Under the pieces are notes generated by a model, which did no database searches, was not told the DNA's origin, and saw only the letters and a program-made list of their open reading frames with translations. A DNA stretch of 64,000 bases from Yuukianura sp. NJ FZ-2021 (lineage: Eukaryota), in the NCBI GenBank assembly GCA_046563655.1, contig CM102287.1, positions 2,480,001 to 2,544,000 on the forward strand. Reading direction: 5' to 3'. The position numbers were made by a program, and so were the translations under genes. Shown here one piece after another: positions 25,201 to 38,868 of this stretch. The first letter of the stretch is position 1, and each line of letters opens with the position of its first letter.

Positions 25201-26662
25201 CTTCTGCGTCGACGCAGACGGAAATGAGATACGGAGTTCCTAAAGAAGCTGAAGAAGCACAAACCGATTTGAAGTACGACGGAGATGAGGTTGTTCGCGA
25301 TTTCATGCTCAGCGAAGCCTTCGAACTTTTCCTCACCGATTTTCTACTTCCATGTCTCGAGAGACGACCAGGTCAGCCAGCAAATCTAAAAACTTTACGT
25401 GCATTTTTGAATTTTTTCTTTAATTTAAAAATTTTCAAATTTTTGAAACTGAACTGTGTTTAATTTTTTTAGGAAAGCATCTTCCGCAAGCACCGAATCC
25501 ACTTCCGTCGCTATCTGATCTCTACGCTGCCTTCAACGTCGTTTCTCCTTACAAAGATGTAATTTCAGCCCGTGAATTTTTGATCAGTACGCTGCCACAT
25601 CGTCAAATTCCAGATCCAACGTACATCTATTGGACTCGAAGCAAAAATGTGATTACCCCTGACATTGACATGCCACAATTCTTCAAACACTTCGCAGAAC
25701 CAGACACTCCAGCAGCAACGGACTTGCTGGACTATGACTTTCTCAGTGAAAAGCTGAGCAACGCTGACATGCTGATTGAAGACATCAAAACAGAAGTTTT
25801 CGGATCAGAGCAGACGCAAAACGAAAAAGAAGAAAAAAGACACAGTTCAATCAAAATTTTCGGATCGGGCAATATCGTTTTTGGTGACGACATTCCTGCT
25901 TCATCGTCTGCTACTTCACAACATGCAGATGAAGGTCAAGGTACCAAAAACTAAAAACAGTTAACTTTTTTGAATCTGAACTTTGACCTTGGATTATGCA
26001 AAACTGCAATTTTTTGAATGATTTACAGGCGACGCTGCCAAGCCAAAGCGCCTGCCGAGTGAGAGTGACTTTGATTTACCTTTGGCCGAATCGGACTTAA
26101 CAGCAGTTCCATTTTTATGGGAAACTGATCCCGTTTGCAAACAAGTCCCGTGAGAACACTAACAAAATTACTTTTTCAATTCAAAACCACAATTTTTCGG
26201 GAAATTTTTGCGAAAAATAATTGTAAATGGCGTAAAACTTCGTAAAAAGTGGAAAGGAAGTTTTCTTTTTTTTTTAACTTTTCAATATTTTTACAGGAAA
26301 AGCACCAAAGTTTTTGACAACATTGAGCTGTCGGATGTGCTAAAGATTTTGCGTCAATTCTATCCGAGAACGTGCGGCGACCGGAGTACGATGATCAACT
26401 TGGAGTTCAACGTAAGTGTTTCTGAGTCACAGTTTTATAAAAATGGTGCCAATTTATATTTGTAATAAGTGTGTGTTTGTAGTTGACCTTTGGGGACTGG
26501 GTTTGGCTAACCCTGATCATCAATAAACTGAGCACAGATCGTGCATTTTGTGCTTGGATGAAGAATGAGTCTGGACTGGAACACAAACCTGGAAGATGTC
26601 GACAATCCAGCAGTCTTCCAGAAGCGAAGGAGCCAGAAGCATACACTGTGACTAAAACCTAA
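22256..26662 (+). CDS. MORN-repeat protein, radial spoke head 10 homolog B-like, multi-exon
   Basis: Many MORN repeats (YAGEWLKGVPNGNG, YDGQWDKGTMHGFG, YKGEWAEGEPNGFG, YPQRNVYKGDFVNGMRHGIG); C-terminal NLEFN|LTF segment resembles RSPH10B. The 3' end is less certain. Confidence 0.75.
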
Positions 26663-27055
26663 AAAGCAGAAGATTTTGCAGTTTTGCAAATCCTAATTCA
26701 TCCCGAGTTTCATAATAACTGGTAAATATTTGAAAAATAATAATTTTTCTCCACTTTTTCTCTTCCTTTTTCTGCACGTTTCTTTCTATTTTTATGCTTT
26801 TTATGGAATTTTCACACGCTTTTGAGTGGTTTGCCTTGTGTTGCTGAGGAAAGTTGTTGTGATTTGATATTTATCTGGCTTGGCTTTAACCTTGGACTTG
26901 ACTACTTGTGTTATGCTTTGCTTTGCTTTTTAGACTCAATGCACTGCCTACTTGTTAGTATAGTGTCAATAATTTCCGAGTTTCTTCCTAATTTCAGTTT
27001 TCACTCCAAATTGCTCTAATTTCATAATTTTCAATTCAGAATTTGCAGTTGTAAG

Positions 27056-28198
27056 ATGAGTACAAAGTTGTTGATCTCTACTGTGTTCGAAGGGTGTTAT
27101 GGGCTGTTCGGCGTAGACGATGACAGTGCCCTTATTCTTAGAATGACTCAAATTGGACTAATTTACACCGTAGTTGTTGGGATTTACGGTCTTTGGCAAG
27201 CAGCTCCCTACGGAAAGCATTCCAGCGGTACTTCGTGGGCCTATGGACCACCAATCAACGCCAAGCTAGCTTGGATTGTAAGAAACAAACACAAAGAAAC
27301 ATAATTTTTAAAAATTCCAGATTATTGGCAAAAAAGTTGAGATTTTCATGGTTTTGTTTCAATTTTTAGATTCAAGAATCTCCAGCAAGCATTGTACCTG
27401 TGCTGCTAATGCTCCAGTCGAAGTGCATCCATGTTGGAAATCCACCAAATCTAATTCTCACTGTCCTGTTCATGGCTCACTACATCCAAAGGTACTGGGG
27501 ATTTAAATTAATTGAGTAGTTGATTAACTAATTAACTAAAACTAATTTTTAACAGGAGCTTCATCTACCCATTTCGGATGTCGTCAAGAGCCAAACCAGT
27601 TCCGCTGTTGGTTTTGGTGAGCGCCTTCACCTTCTGCCTGTTCAATGGCCTCTTTCAAACGCATTTTCTGCTCAACGTCCATTTGGTCAACGGAAGTTCA
27701 CCGTTTTTTCTAGGAGGTTAGACAAATGACCTTGAAATTGGAAAGAATTTCCTTAATTCCAATCGTATTTGTGATTCTTACAGGAGTTGCACTGTTTATA
27801 ACTGGAATGGCGATTAACATCCACCATGATGGGATCCTGATGTCACTTCGCAAAGGAACAGAAAAGTCAACAGCTTCCGAAGGAAAATCTAGCTACAAGA
27901 TTCCACGCGGATTTCTATTTGAGTACATCAGTGGAGCCAACTACGCTGGAGAAATACTGGAGTGGTGGGGATTAGGAATCGCTTCAGCTGGATTTCCACA
28001 GGTAACAATTACTAATTAAGCTAACATTTACAAAATAGCAAAGTTTCTACTCTTCTCTTTTTCATTCAGCTCCTCTTTGCAATGTTTTCTACCGTGTTTC
28101 TCGGTTTGAGAGCTTGGCATGGACACAAATTCTATCAAAAGACGTTCGGAAAGTCATACCCTGCCTCACGGAAAGCAATAATTCCCTTTATCTTATAA
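27056..28198 (+). CDS. 3-oxo-5-alpha-steroid 4-dehydrogenase (SRD5A1/2-like), multi-exon
   Basis: APYGKH, AKLAWI|IQESPA, HYIQRSFIYP, INIHHDGILMSLRK, YKIPRGFLFEYISGANYAGEILEWWG, YPASRKAIIPFIL*. Confidence 0.92.
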
Positions 28199-28453
28199 AA
28201 ATCAGGAATACTGGCAGTATTTCGTAACTCTTAAGCTTAGTGTTGCCCAATTGGAAGTAAAGGCGTGAAATGGACGAATTCCCAAGTACTTTAGATTTCT
28301 TTTACTGACGGTTTTCGTAAATTGCTTATGCGTAGACTCTAACAACAGTACAAGATAAAGCCAATGTCAGTAACAGTTTATGAGCTGACTTTTCTAATTA
28401 GTAATTGCTGGCTCATGTGACTACATACTTGGAGACGAGGGTGAACTGGATGT

Positions 28454-28737
28454 TTACTTCTTGAGTAGTTGATGACGGAGGAGCAGAAAGGGAACGGCAA
28501 ATCCAGAACCCATGAACAGCCCCATCTTTAAGGCCAAGGCCCATCGATTCTTAATTGAGAATGGAAGATTCTGGAACATTAAACAGTCAATTAGTTAAAT
28601 CAATTAAAAGTAAACTAATCATTGCTTAATTAACTTACGTTTCCGGGAACTCCACCATCGTCGTGATGATCCCCACTTCGCCGAATGGCAGAGGTCATCA
28701 AGTTCCGAATTCCAACACGACTCAGGATCATCTTCAT
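28454..28737 (-). CDS. COX7C: Cytochrome c oxidase subunit 7C, 2 coding exons (absent from the ORF track)
   Basis: [71 protein letters not shown]; exons 28737-28639 and 28570-28454. Confidence 0.92.
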
Positions 28738-29275
28738 GTCTGTAACTATTTAAAGACAATTCTCAGTTATATTTACAGACCGAAAGCTAATTAGTAATCG
28801 AAAACGTTAAACACAGAGAAATTAATCGATCGATCACCTTGTTTCACAATTTTAAATCCAAATTCCAAAAATAATTTTTTTGAGTGTGTCTGGTTATTCT
28901 AAAAGTCACCCCGGTGGAATCTGTCACCCGAATTTTACAATTATCAGCTATGGGCATTGCATTTTTTTTAATTAGTTTTTTATTTTAATTAGTACAATAA
29001 TTGGTTAATTTCTTTAGTTCCTTTAATTTTTAGTTTAAAAATTTAGAAAATTTAATTATTATTAAGTTTCATGTTACCTTGACCCAAAGGTCAACAATTT
29101 TAAGATTAAACAAAGCACTTTTAAACTTGGTAGCTATATTGCATTATGTATATCTATTTTAGAACAAGCAAGCTCCTGATTTCGTTGTTTTTTTCAACTG
29201 GCGATTTATTATTTCCAAAATTTTGCAAGTTTTTGAAAAGAGTTGTAGAATCGTTCAAGGTTTTTGGAAAACGAA

Positions 29276-31693
29276 ATGCCTGCGGAAGTAGGGGATGCCG
29301 ATGCAGTCCAGAAGGAACCAAAGCAGGAGGAGCCAGGAGCAGTTTTGGTGTCAATACCGTCGTCCAGGAATGATTCCGACGTCGCTGACGCTGATGTTGA
29401 GCATGACGCTGATGCTGTCCCGAAGAGGTCAAACGTCAAGCGATCTGTCGCTGCGTTAATCTATCGCATCACGCTTGCTATTCTTCTGCTAGGCTTCCTG
29501 GTATGATTTTCCTAATAAAGCAAAAAAAAAAAACGTCAAAAACTTGGTAGGAGTAAGGTTGGGGGTGCCAATGCCCGTAGTGTTATTTACATTATTTAAG
29601 ATAGGTTAGGTTTAAAAAGTTCGCCAAAATGTTATCTAACTTGCCACATTTAACATGGCAAAAGAGCATTGGCACCCTCTGCCTTACTCCGGCCAAAAAC
29701 TTTGTTTTCAATAGGCGAAGTTTCGCATAATGTCGTGGATTACTTGCAAAGACTTGATGAATTTTGTAGACTCTTCCGCTTGCAACTGCGTACTGGATGG
29801 TGTCAGCATTTGCGCGACCTCTGACCTTTTACAATCACGCTTTGCTGCCTGGAGTCATCGTGTGTGGTTTCGCCAGTCTCGGTCATCAAGTGGCCATCTT
29901 TGGATCCGGTCTTGTCCAAGTACTGCAACTCAGAACTCACACTTTCGTCTACAAGTCGTATCTGATAGTAAGAACAAATTGACTAAAACTTAAAACAACA
30001 ACGATTTATAACTTTTTCAAAAACGGTTTTTCAAAAATTTGAAATTTTCAAACAAAGAATTTTAAAGCCGACATCCAGTTTTGTGAGACATTGTGTAAGG
30101 CGGGAAAACAGGTGAAATTAGTTTTTGAATTTAATTTGTGCGGTTGCTCTAAGAGTTACTGCACACCACCCCTTGTCACCCTCTTCAATTTTAAAGTGAT
30201 TTTTAACATGGGGAGATAGGAAAAGTTGACAGGAGATTATACGAAGCACGAAGGCTACACTCACTCTCCTATCCCTTTCCCGGCACTTGCACTCCCATAC
30301 AAAAAGCAAGGAACAAAAATAGCCCTATCTCGCCTCTCTGCCTCGTACGATCCCCTATCAACTTTTTCGCTCTGTCGCCTATCTCCCCCATGCAAAAGAC
30401 TCTCACAAATCTCACTTCAAAATTTTAAAAACTTAAAAAACTTTAAAAAATCATAACTCCTGAACGGAACGCAATAGAAAGGAGATCTCTTCGCGATTCA
30501 ACTCAGAATGAACTAAAGTATTTTCTACGAGTTTTAAAATCACAAAAACGATAAACAAAATTTGACTTTTTAAAAATTTGAGTGTATTTTTATTGTAGGT
30601 TTTTTGAAAAACTAATGAACCCAAGTGTTGTAAAATCATACTTTTGTGTACTAAATTTCGCTTTTTTAAATAATCTTTGTTTAGTTCAACTGTTCCTTGG
30701 TGTCATACTTTTGTCACCTACTTGCCTACGTTCCACTTGCGGCAGTGTTGTGGCGTACGCTGGACGACACAATGGCTGACACCATGAGGGACTCCCTCAA
30801 GGACTGGAACAACAAAAACAAAAGTCAACAAGAACTGGACGCTAGGTGGGTTCGGACCCACCAGGCGGTAAGCTAAAAAAAATAAATCTAAATTGACTGA
30901 ATTTAAACTTAAGCTTTACTTTTTAGTACGATTGTTGTGGATTCGGAGGTCACTGGATGTACAAGCGAGGGGTTCCGGACAGTTGTTGTGCGCAACCGCC
31001 CTGCGCCATTGACAATACAACAGGCATCAACTGCTACACTGCAGACGCTGAAATCGGAACTGCAACACTCACGTTCGGAATCCACATTCTCTGGGTTCCA
31101 TTGCCAATCATCGCAAGTTACATATCAAGAATTTCAAAAACCTTAGTTTTCAAAATTCAGATCCTCAATTTTATTCACTTTTTTCAGGTTTTGCTATTTT
31201 TCGGATTTTATTGCTTCCGCCCATTTTGGACGCTTCCTACTCGGTGCGTTTCATCGCAAATTACAAAATTTTCGAACCTCAGAATTTTTTTGAGAAAATT
31301 GGTTCGTTTTTTATGAGAAATGTTTGTTTTAGTGAATCATGGACCTCGATAGGCACATTTTCAGCGGGAAAACTAAGTTCTGAAGACGATGACGACGAAC
31401 ACAGTGACTTTAAGTACATCAAGACCAAGTCACACTTGGGCACAAGCACTACCCCACCGGAAGTCAACTGGCGACGCAGTCGGTGGCGCCAACTTTCAAA
31501 ACAAGCAGTTTCAAACGAATCATTCAAAATAAAAATGGATCTCATCAAGGAAGAAAAGAAGGAAGACAAGGAACGTTTGCAACAAAAAGTTGCAAATTAC
31601 AGAAAACTGAGAGAGAAAAGAGACGAGCAGCTAGGCAGCCAAAAATCGCCAGCACGAAGCAAAGAACTCATCAAAAAACCTTCAAAAAACTAA
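29276..31693 (+). CDS. Divergent tetraspanin-like protein with long acidic N-terminus and long charged C-terminal tail
   Basis: Several hydrophobic segments plus a large-extracellular-loop signature (W..THQA|YDCCGFGG..VPDSCC..C..C), then a TM segment and tail. Confidence 0.65.
29546..29694. mobile_element. Merlin-type MITE, short copy, in intron 1 of the tetraspanin-like gene
   Basis: Termini GGTAGGAGTAAGG...CCTTACTCCGGCC, 8-bp TSD AAAAACTT (29538-29545 and 29695-29702), central TAGGTTAGG. Confidence 0.75.
30207..30392. repeat. Degenerate inverted repeat, probable MITE relic, in an intron
   Basis: CATGGGGAGATAGG..AAAAGTTGACAGGAGAT versus ATCCCCTATCAACTTTT..CCTATCTCCCCCATG. Confidence 0.55.
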
Positions 31694-32037
31694 TTTTCGA
31701 AACTGAAAATGAAAATTATGAAAAATTGAATCTCAATTTAATCCAAAGTCTCTCAAAGTCTAGAATATCAATCTGTTTCTGAATAAATTACTTTCTCTTT
31801 TAGTTCACACTTCAACCTAACACAGTCTCCTAAAATTTTGAAACAAGTTTCATAAAATTTCAATTTCAAAAAACTAATTTGTAGGAGATTTCTATATTGT
31901 CCTCCATTGTTCCAGTTCATAGAAGGTTAGAGAGCTAAAAATGAAAATCTGGAAGTTAGGACTTTCTCTTAAGGCTTTTAGAACGGAAAATCTAAAATTT
32001 GGAAAACTTTGTTAAATTTTTTAAATTCGTTTCGTTT

Positions 32038-33500
32038 TTACGATCCGCCGAAGAAGAATTTCAGAATGGAGAAATCATCGCTGCCAACACTTTTTGTTGA
32101 GGAGGCGGGGCCAGCGAAAGCTTTTTGCGGAAGCCACTTCAGAAGACTTTTGAGGTTTGTGTTCGCTTCAATGTCGGACTGGAAATTTTTGGGTTGAGTA
32201 GGCCAAGAATTCCGCAGAGTTTTGGTATGCCAAACCAAAATCTAAAAAAAAAACACAAAATTTTGTTAAAAGTTTCAAAATTTTGAAAATGAAAAATTAC
32301 TTCTGTGCAATCGTTAGCCAGCGGCACAATGTCGTGGATTGATACGCCCAGGGTTTTGAGAAGTTCGTCCTCTTCGTATCCAGCGACCCAGGGCATGTTT
32401 GCATTCGGTTTCTAAAAGTTTCAAAAAACTTATGAAAATTCAAATTGTTTTCAAAAACACATTTTTAAAAAACTTACATCCAGGAACAGCTTCATGTTGA
32501 TAGCAAATCCAGCCATATCGACAGGAAATTTTCTGTGTCCTTTCCAGCCATCGTAGAATCCAACCACTTTTCCATTTTTGACGATCGGACTGCTCACGCC
32601 GAGCGACGTCACGAGACCAACGGGCCACATCGAAACTTTTTCAGTCCTCCGCATCTAAAAGCAAAAATCAAAAACATGTCAAAATTATGAAAACATTTCA
32701 AAATTTTGAAAACTGAGTTGAAATTTTGGTCCGTACCTGTCTGAATATGTCGGAATCATAAGTGTTGTCGTCATCCGCAAAGTAAACAACTCCTTCCTTG
32801 ACAAACTGCCTCAACCAGGCAATCGCTGCTCGGCGTCCTCCGACTCCCCTCGGTTTCCCAATAATTTTGGATTCTTGCGGTGGAAGACTCTTCAGAAGTG
32901 TAAAAGTCAAGCGAAATCGCTGCAAAAACGCTTTCAGCTCCTCCAGACTCCGCTCACTCCCCTGCGATATGTCGTCCACCACGATCCAGTGCACAAAGGA
33001 GCTCACTGGAAGCAGCGCTTGAGCCAGGCGGGTCAGTTCCGGTCGCTGCTCCGGTCGGTAGAACGTCGGAGTCACCACCCAAACCGTCTGAGCTTCTCGG
33101 TCGTCTTGAGACTGTTTCGGTTTCGTGATGTCGGACTGTTTCGGATTCGTGATGCCGAACCGATTAATTGAGGTACGAATAGCTTGGAACTCATGTGGAG
33201 AATGTTGAGCAGCCGTTTCACTTGATGCTAAATTTTCATGTCGGTTGACACTGATCACTTCTTCGTAGTAGCTTGGAATGAGATCATGACCTTGACCTTT
33301 GACCTTGAGGTCACACGGTGAGGACTGACCTTCCCCACGGAGTAATAGACTGGAGATTCATTGAGATCGGAAGAGAAGGCGAGGAAGTTGGATTCCAGGA
33401 GTTGCAAAGTGATGAGACAAGTTAAAATTCCCAGAAGAAACAGGAAGACGTATTTGAAGAAACGTTTTGGAGGGCGCCAAGATTTCCAGCAACTCACCAT
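32038..33500 (-). CDS. Galactosylgalactosylxylosylprotein 3-beta-glucuronosyltransferase (GT43, B3GAT/GlcAT-P-like), multi-exon
   Basis: Type II TM anchor, VVTPTFYRPEQRPELTRL, VYFADDDNTY, VSMWPVGL, RKFPVDMAGFA, GYEED, VWHTKT. Confidence 0.93.
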
Positions 33501-34842
33501 TTTGAAATTGGAGGTCACATGATTCGCTGGTGACCTTTGACCCTGCTGTCCATCTTGCGTCTTGTCCGTAGTGTTGTGGTGAGAAGACTGAGGTTATTGA
33601 TTTCTTTGCTTTCTCCTGGAAAGAAAGTGGAATGAAATATTTAGAGGCGCAGAGTGGAGCGTAAAGTAAAGAATCTGCATTCTGCAATGCAGACACAAAT
33701 GGACCTCCCTGGGGCACACAAAAACTTACCCGGTTTTTTTTTCGGATTTTTGTGACTCAAAAGTACCCGGATTCGGATGAGTCGGAAACTTTTGTTACGA
33801 GTTGGCTTTTGTGCATGTCTGTTCTGCTCTTGGAGTCAATTTGTTGCAGACTCAAGAGGATTCAAATGACACAAATTGAGCACAAAAAAGTTTCCAAAGG
33901 GAATTCACATTCATCCATTCTTCAAAGTGTGAACAAAACTAACTAAAACTAGTTTTAAAAATCTAGAGTTTGCTCAATTGCTAAAAATTTGTAAGCTAAT
34001 TCAAGATTTAGTTCCTAGAATGATGAGCTAAATTTTTAGAGAGCGATGGATGCCTCTTATTTAGATACAAAATTTCTACTTTACCTACTAAAAGCTACAT
34101 TTTTATTATATTAATTTTAATTAAAATTGAATAGTACAAGAACAAATTGTTGAAAAATGTTAAAATTTAAAATTGAACAATTTAAAAATTCACATAAAAA
34201 GCAATTCAAAAATGCCATTCAACAAACCTTTGAGAACAAGAAACCTGATTGTTCTAGTTTTAGAGATCTAACTGGATGCTTAATTTTTTTCAAACGGCGT
34301 AAAACTAATCAAAAAATTTCAATTTTACAAAATTTTAAAATTGTAAATGCATGAAAACTTGTGGTAGGATTGACGACTGAAATGCAAGAATGGCGTTTAA
34401 CATTGACAGAGAGATCGGCGACTTAAAAATAGAAAAATATGCATAAATGAGTGACAGATCTGTGGAATTCGCTGCATTGTGAAACATCCTTGAAAACAAA
34501 TCTAGTCTCTTCAAAGAGCAACTTAATTAACAACTAACAGAGACCAAAAGTACATCCTCAAAAGGAACAAGCCTCACACAAACACAACTTTTTCAAAATT
34601 GTAAAATTACGATAGTAAATCCAAAATTATTTACAAACCTGATGCAATTTCTGACCTGGAAACATCTACACATCCTACATCAACATTTGACCTGTACAAT
34701 TTCTAGCTGCCAAGTTATGCGACTGACCTGAGACCGTTGACCGCTGTCCGTTGTGACATGAATCATGAAAATTGGAAGCCATTTCTGGAAAGTGGTCCGG
34801 ATTCTGTACATTTTAGTTGTTCCGGAGTCTGTTTTTGCGTTT

Positions 34843-35973
<1,131 letters not shown>

Positions 35974-37898
35974 CTCTCCGGATGCGATGCTGCAGCAGTA
36001 GTGTAACAGCAAGCAGTAAACTTCTCGTGAATCGAAAAATCAACGTTTCAGCGTTTTCCCACAATTGACTTCCGGTTGCCCCTGTCCGTCTATCTGTCTC
36101 CCTACCGGCGGAACATCTTCAACACCTCAAAGATAGAAAAAGAAATGGAGTTTACAGAAAAGCAGTAAATAACTTGTCTTGTTCCGTTACTTACCTTAAG
36201 TGGACATTCAAGAGATCTATTTGTGCTGATCCTGATTCCGAATTCCTGAGGGAAGATTACCGAAGGGTATAGGACTGTAGGGGCCTTCCGAAATCCGAAT
36301 TCCCGAAGTCATTCATCCTTTGACAAAAGCCAGCGGCTATCGTGACGTCATGGGGTAAACAAAATGTTTTTGTTGTGCTGAGTTGTGCTTACATACTCTC
36401 ACGACCAATTAACAATTTCCGAATTGGAATTTTTAAATAACATAAGAAGTTTCCTAACTTGAAGTGCTTCTATTTTTGAATTTCACATGAACGCCTCAAT
36501 GAAACCCACTAAAACGTGATCTTAGCATTTCTGGCAACATTTTGGTGTTCGTCTCGAGGCGGCAGTAGCTCTTGGAAAAAAAAATTCGAGGGTTGGATTT
36601 GAAATGTCGGGAAAAGTGAAAAATTCTGAAATGTCGGAAAAAGTGAAAAATTCTCAACTTCATTTGTTTTGGTTATTAAATTTCACATTAACACTCCAAT
36701 GAAGCCTACTAAAACGTAATCCCACCATTCGTGGCAACATGTTGGTTACCTTTTCTCGATACTAATGTGTGCCAGTCGCTCATGGCTCTGGAAATAAACT
36801 AATTTAAATTTGAAAACGCTAATTTAGGTAGAAATTTAGTTTAAAACAAGCTAAACTCAAAACGTTAGAAATTTAGGTGAAAATTTAGTCTAATGACAGA
36901 ATATGGACTGTGGCGCATACCTCAGTTGTAATTTTCCACCTCCCCTCCCCCTCCCCTTGTGTCAGTCATTGAATGGGAGGATTTTCATAACACTACTACT
37001 CAGCTGCTCCTTGAAGAGATGTCATTGTCACTTCTCAACTAAAGATCTTCGTTAATCGTCATCTCTGATCATCTTCAATTCGTCATCATCAGTATTCCGA
37101 GAACTATTGTCTGGGTCCACATCTCATCTCAAACTGCGTATCTTCATAAAAGGGACTTAACTGAAGGAACTAATCGAATTCAAAACTTTCATCTGCACCA
37201 ACATCAATCTAGTAAGTTTTCTTCTCTTTACTAGGGTTCGTCCAGCGGTCCAGTCCTCCAGAGTACATTATAACGGTAACGGTAGTAAGGAGGACGTTTT
37301 CCATTGGCACTGATGTTAGTGTTACGGTAAACGTAATTATGGTTTCATGAATGTTTGAACGATCTTCGGAGGTTCATTATGAAACGTTTAGTACATAACA
37401 TTACTAAGCGAATGACGATGACCTAACGATTCAAAACCACAATTGGACGTTAGTGGCCGTGGCCCAGCAACCAGAAAGCTGTTAAGGTTGGATCCGCATA
37501 CGACCCATTTGCGGTTTCATATGGTGGCGTGGCTCTCCAGCAGAGTGACTTTCCAAAAAGTTCTTTTGTTCGTGATTAAAATACTAACATGCACAATCGC
37601 ATGTCATGTTGTTATGCTGTTCTACAATTACACTAGAATTGAGATGTAAAAGTAAACTGGGACATTCGACTACTCAAAGTTCCAGTCCAACTGACCCTCA
37701 TGAACTATTTACGTTGTTTGAACTTCAGAAGTTTGCCAGTACCACTAAACATTTCCAAAATCCAGTTCATGGAAGCTTAGCAAAGACAGACAAACGTTGT
37801 TCACTTTCCAGTGTTTCTGATTCTAATTAGTAATTGGTATTGTCTTCATTTAGGTGTCCAAGGAATTCATTTTTGAGTGACGAAGGAAACGGAACAAG

Positions 37899-38868
37899 AT
37901 GGCGTCGTTTGTACCGTACCTTGTTTCGTTCATCTGTGCAATCGAAATGCTGCTCATACTCGGAATCGGAATAACTGCTGGGGATAATGGTAATTAGTCG
38001 TTTAATTGTTAATGAATTCTGCGTAAAAAGTTATGAGTAACATTTGATTAATTTGGTTGTAGTGACTACTTCTACGACTGCTGCAACGGTTACTACTTCT
38101 ACTGCAGCTCCACCGGTAGTTGACAACTGTTTGGAGATTCAGAAGAACTTCACTTGGATGATCCAACTCAATGACAGCAACACTTTCTTTACTGCCTGCA
38201 AAACTTGCGTCATCGACCAGCAAAACCTTTGTGGATTTGTTGAAGAAGCAGAAGCGAAGGCTGTCATTGATAGATTCAAATGCACCAGAAACGTTTCTGT
38301 CTCTCAGTTTACTAAAGAAGAAATTACCTCTCTCATCGGATGTAAGTTTCTGTTTCTTCTCAACCAAATCCTAGTTAAAATCAAATTAATTGTGAAGTTA
38401 TTACTTTAATCGTGATCGATTGTAGGCAACCAGAAGTACGGTCCAAAGCCTACGACGACGACGACCACTCCAGCGCCAACGTCGCCAACGACTACCGCCG
38501 TACCCACCAACTCCACTACGACGACAACGGTGTCGCCAAGTCCAAACACTACTACTACTGGTACAACTACTGCGACACCCAATGTCACTACTACTGCTGT
38601 TCCTGCACCATCCACCACCACTGCTCGTCCTACTCCAGCACCATCCGGTGGTGGTGGCTTCTCTTTTGCCAACTTTATCGGTAACCAAACTTCTACTTCA
38701 TCAAAAAACTTAACATTTTTCTCAAAAACTTAAAAATTGTCTAACAAACTTATCTTTTGATGTCAAAACTTTGTAGGTGGAATCATTTTTACGTTGGCTG
38801 TGTCCAGCTTGGCTTATGTCGCCTGGAGATTCTACAGAGCTCGCAATCCAAACTACCACACTTTGTAA
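37899..38868 (+). CDS. CD164/endolyn (MGC-24, visgun)-like sialomucin
   Basis: Signal peptide, Thr-rich mucin segments around a Cys-rich domain, FSFANFIGGIIFTL TM segment and terminal NYHTL lysosomal sorting motif. Confidence 0.88.

Noticed and set aside
36495..36750. Short duplications (about 50-bp direct repeat 200 bp apart; 27-bp tandem at 36601-36654)
   Set aside because: No TIR, TSD or coding signal; they look like ordinary local duplications, as do those near 42422-42507 and 62227-62266.
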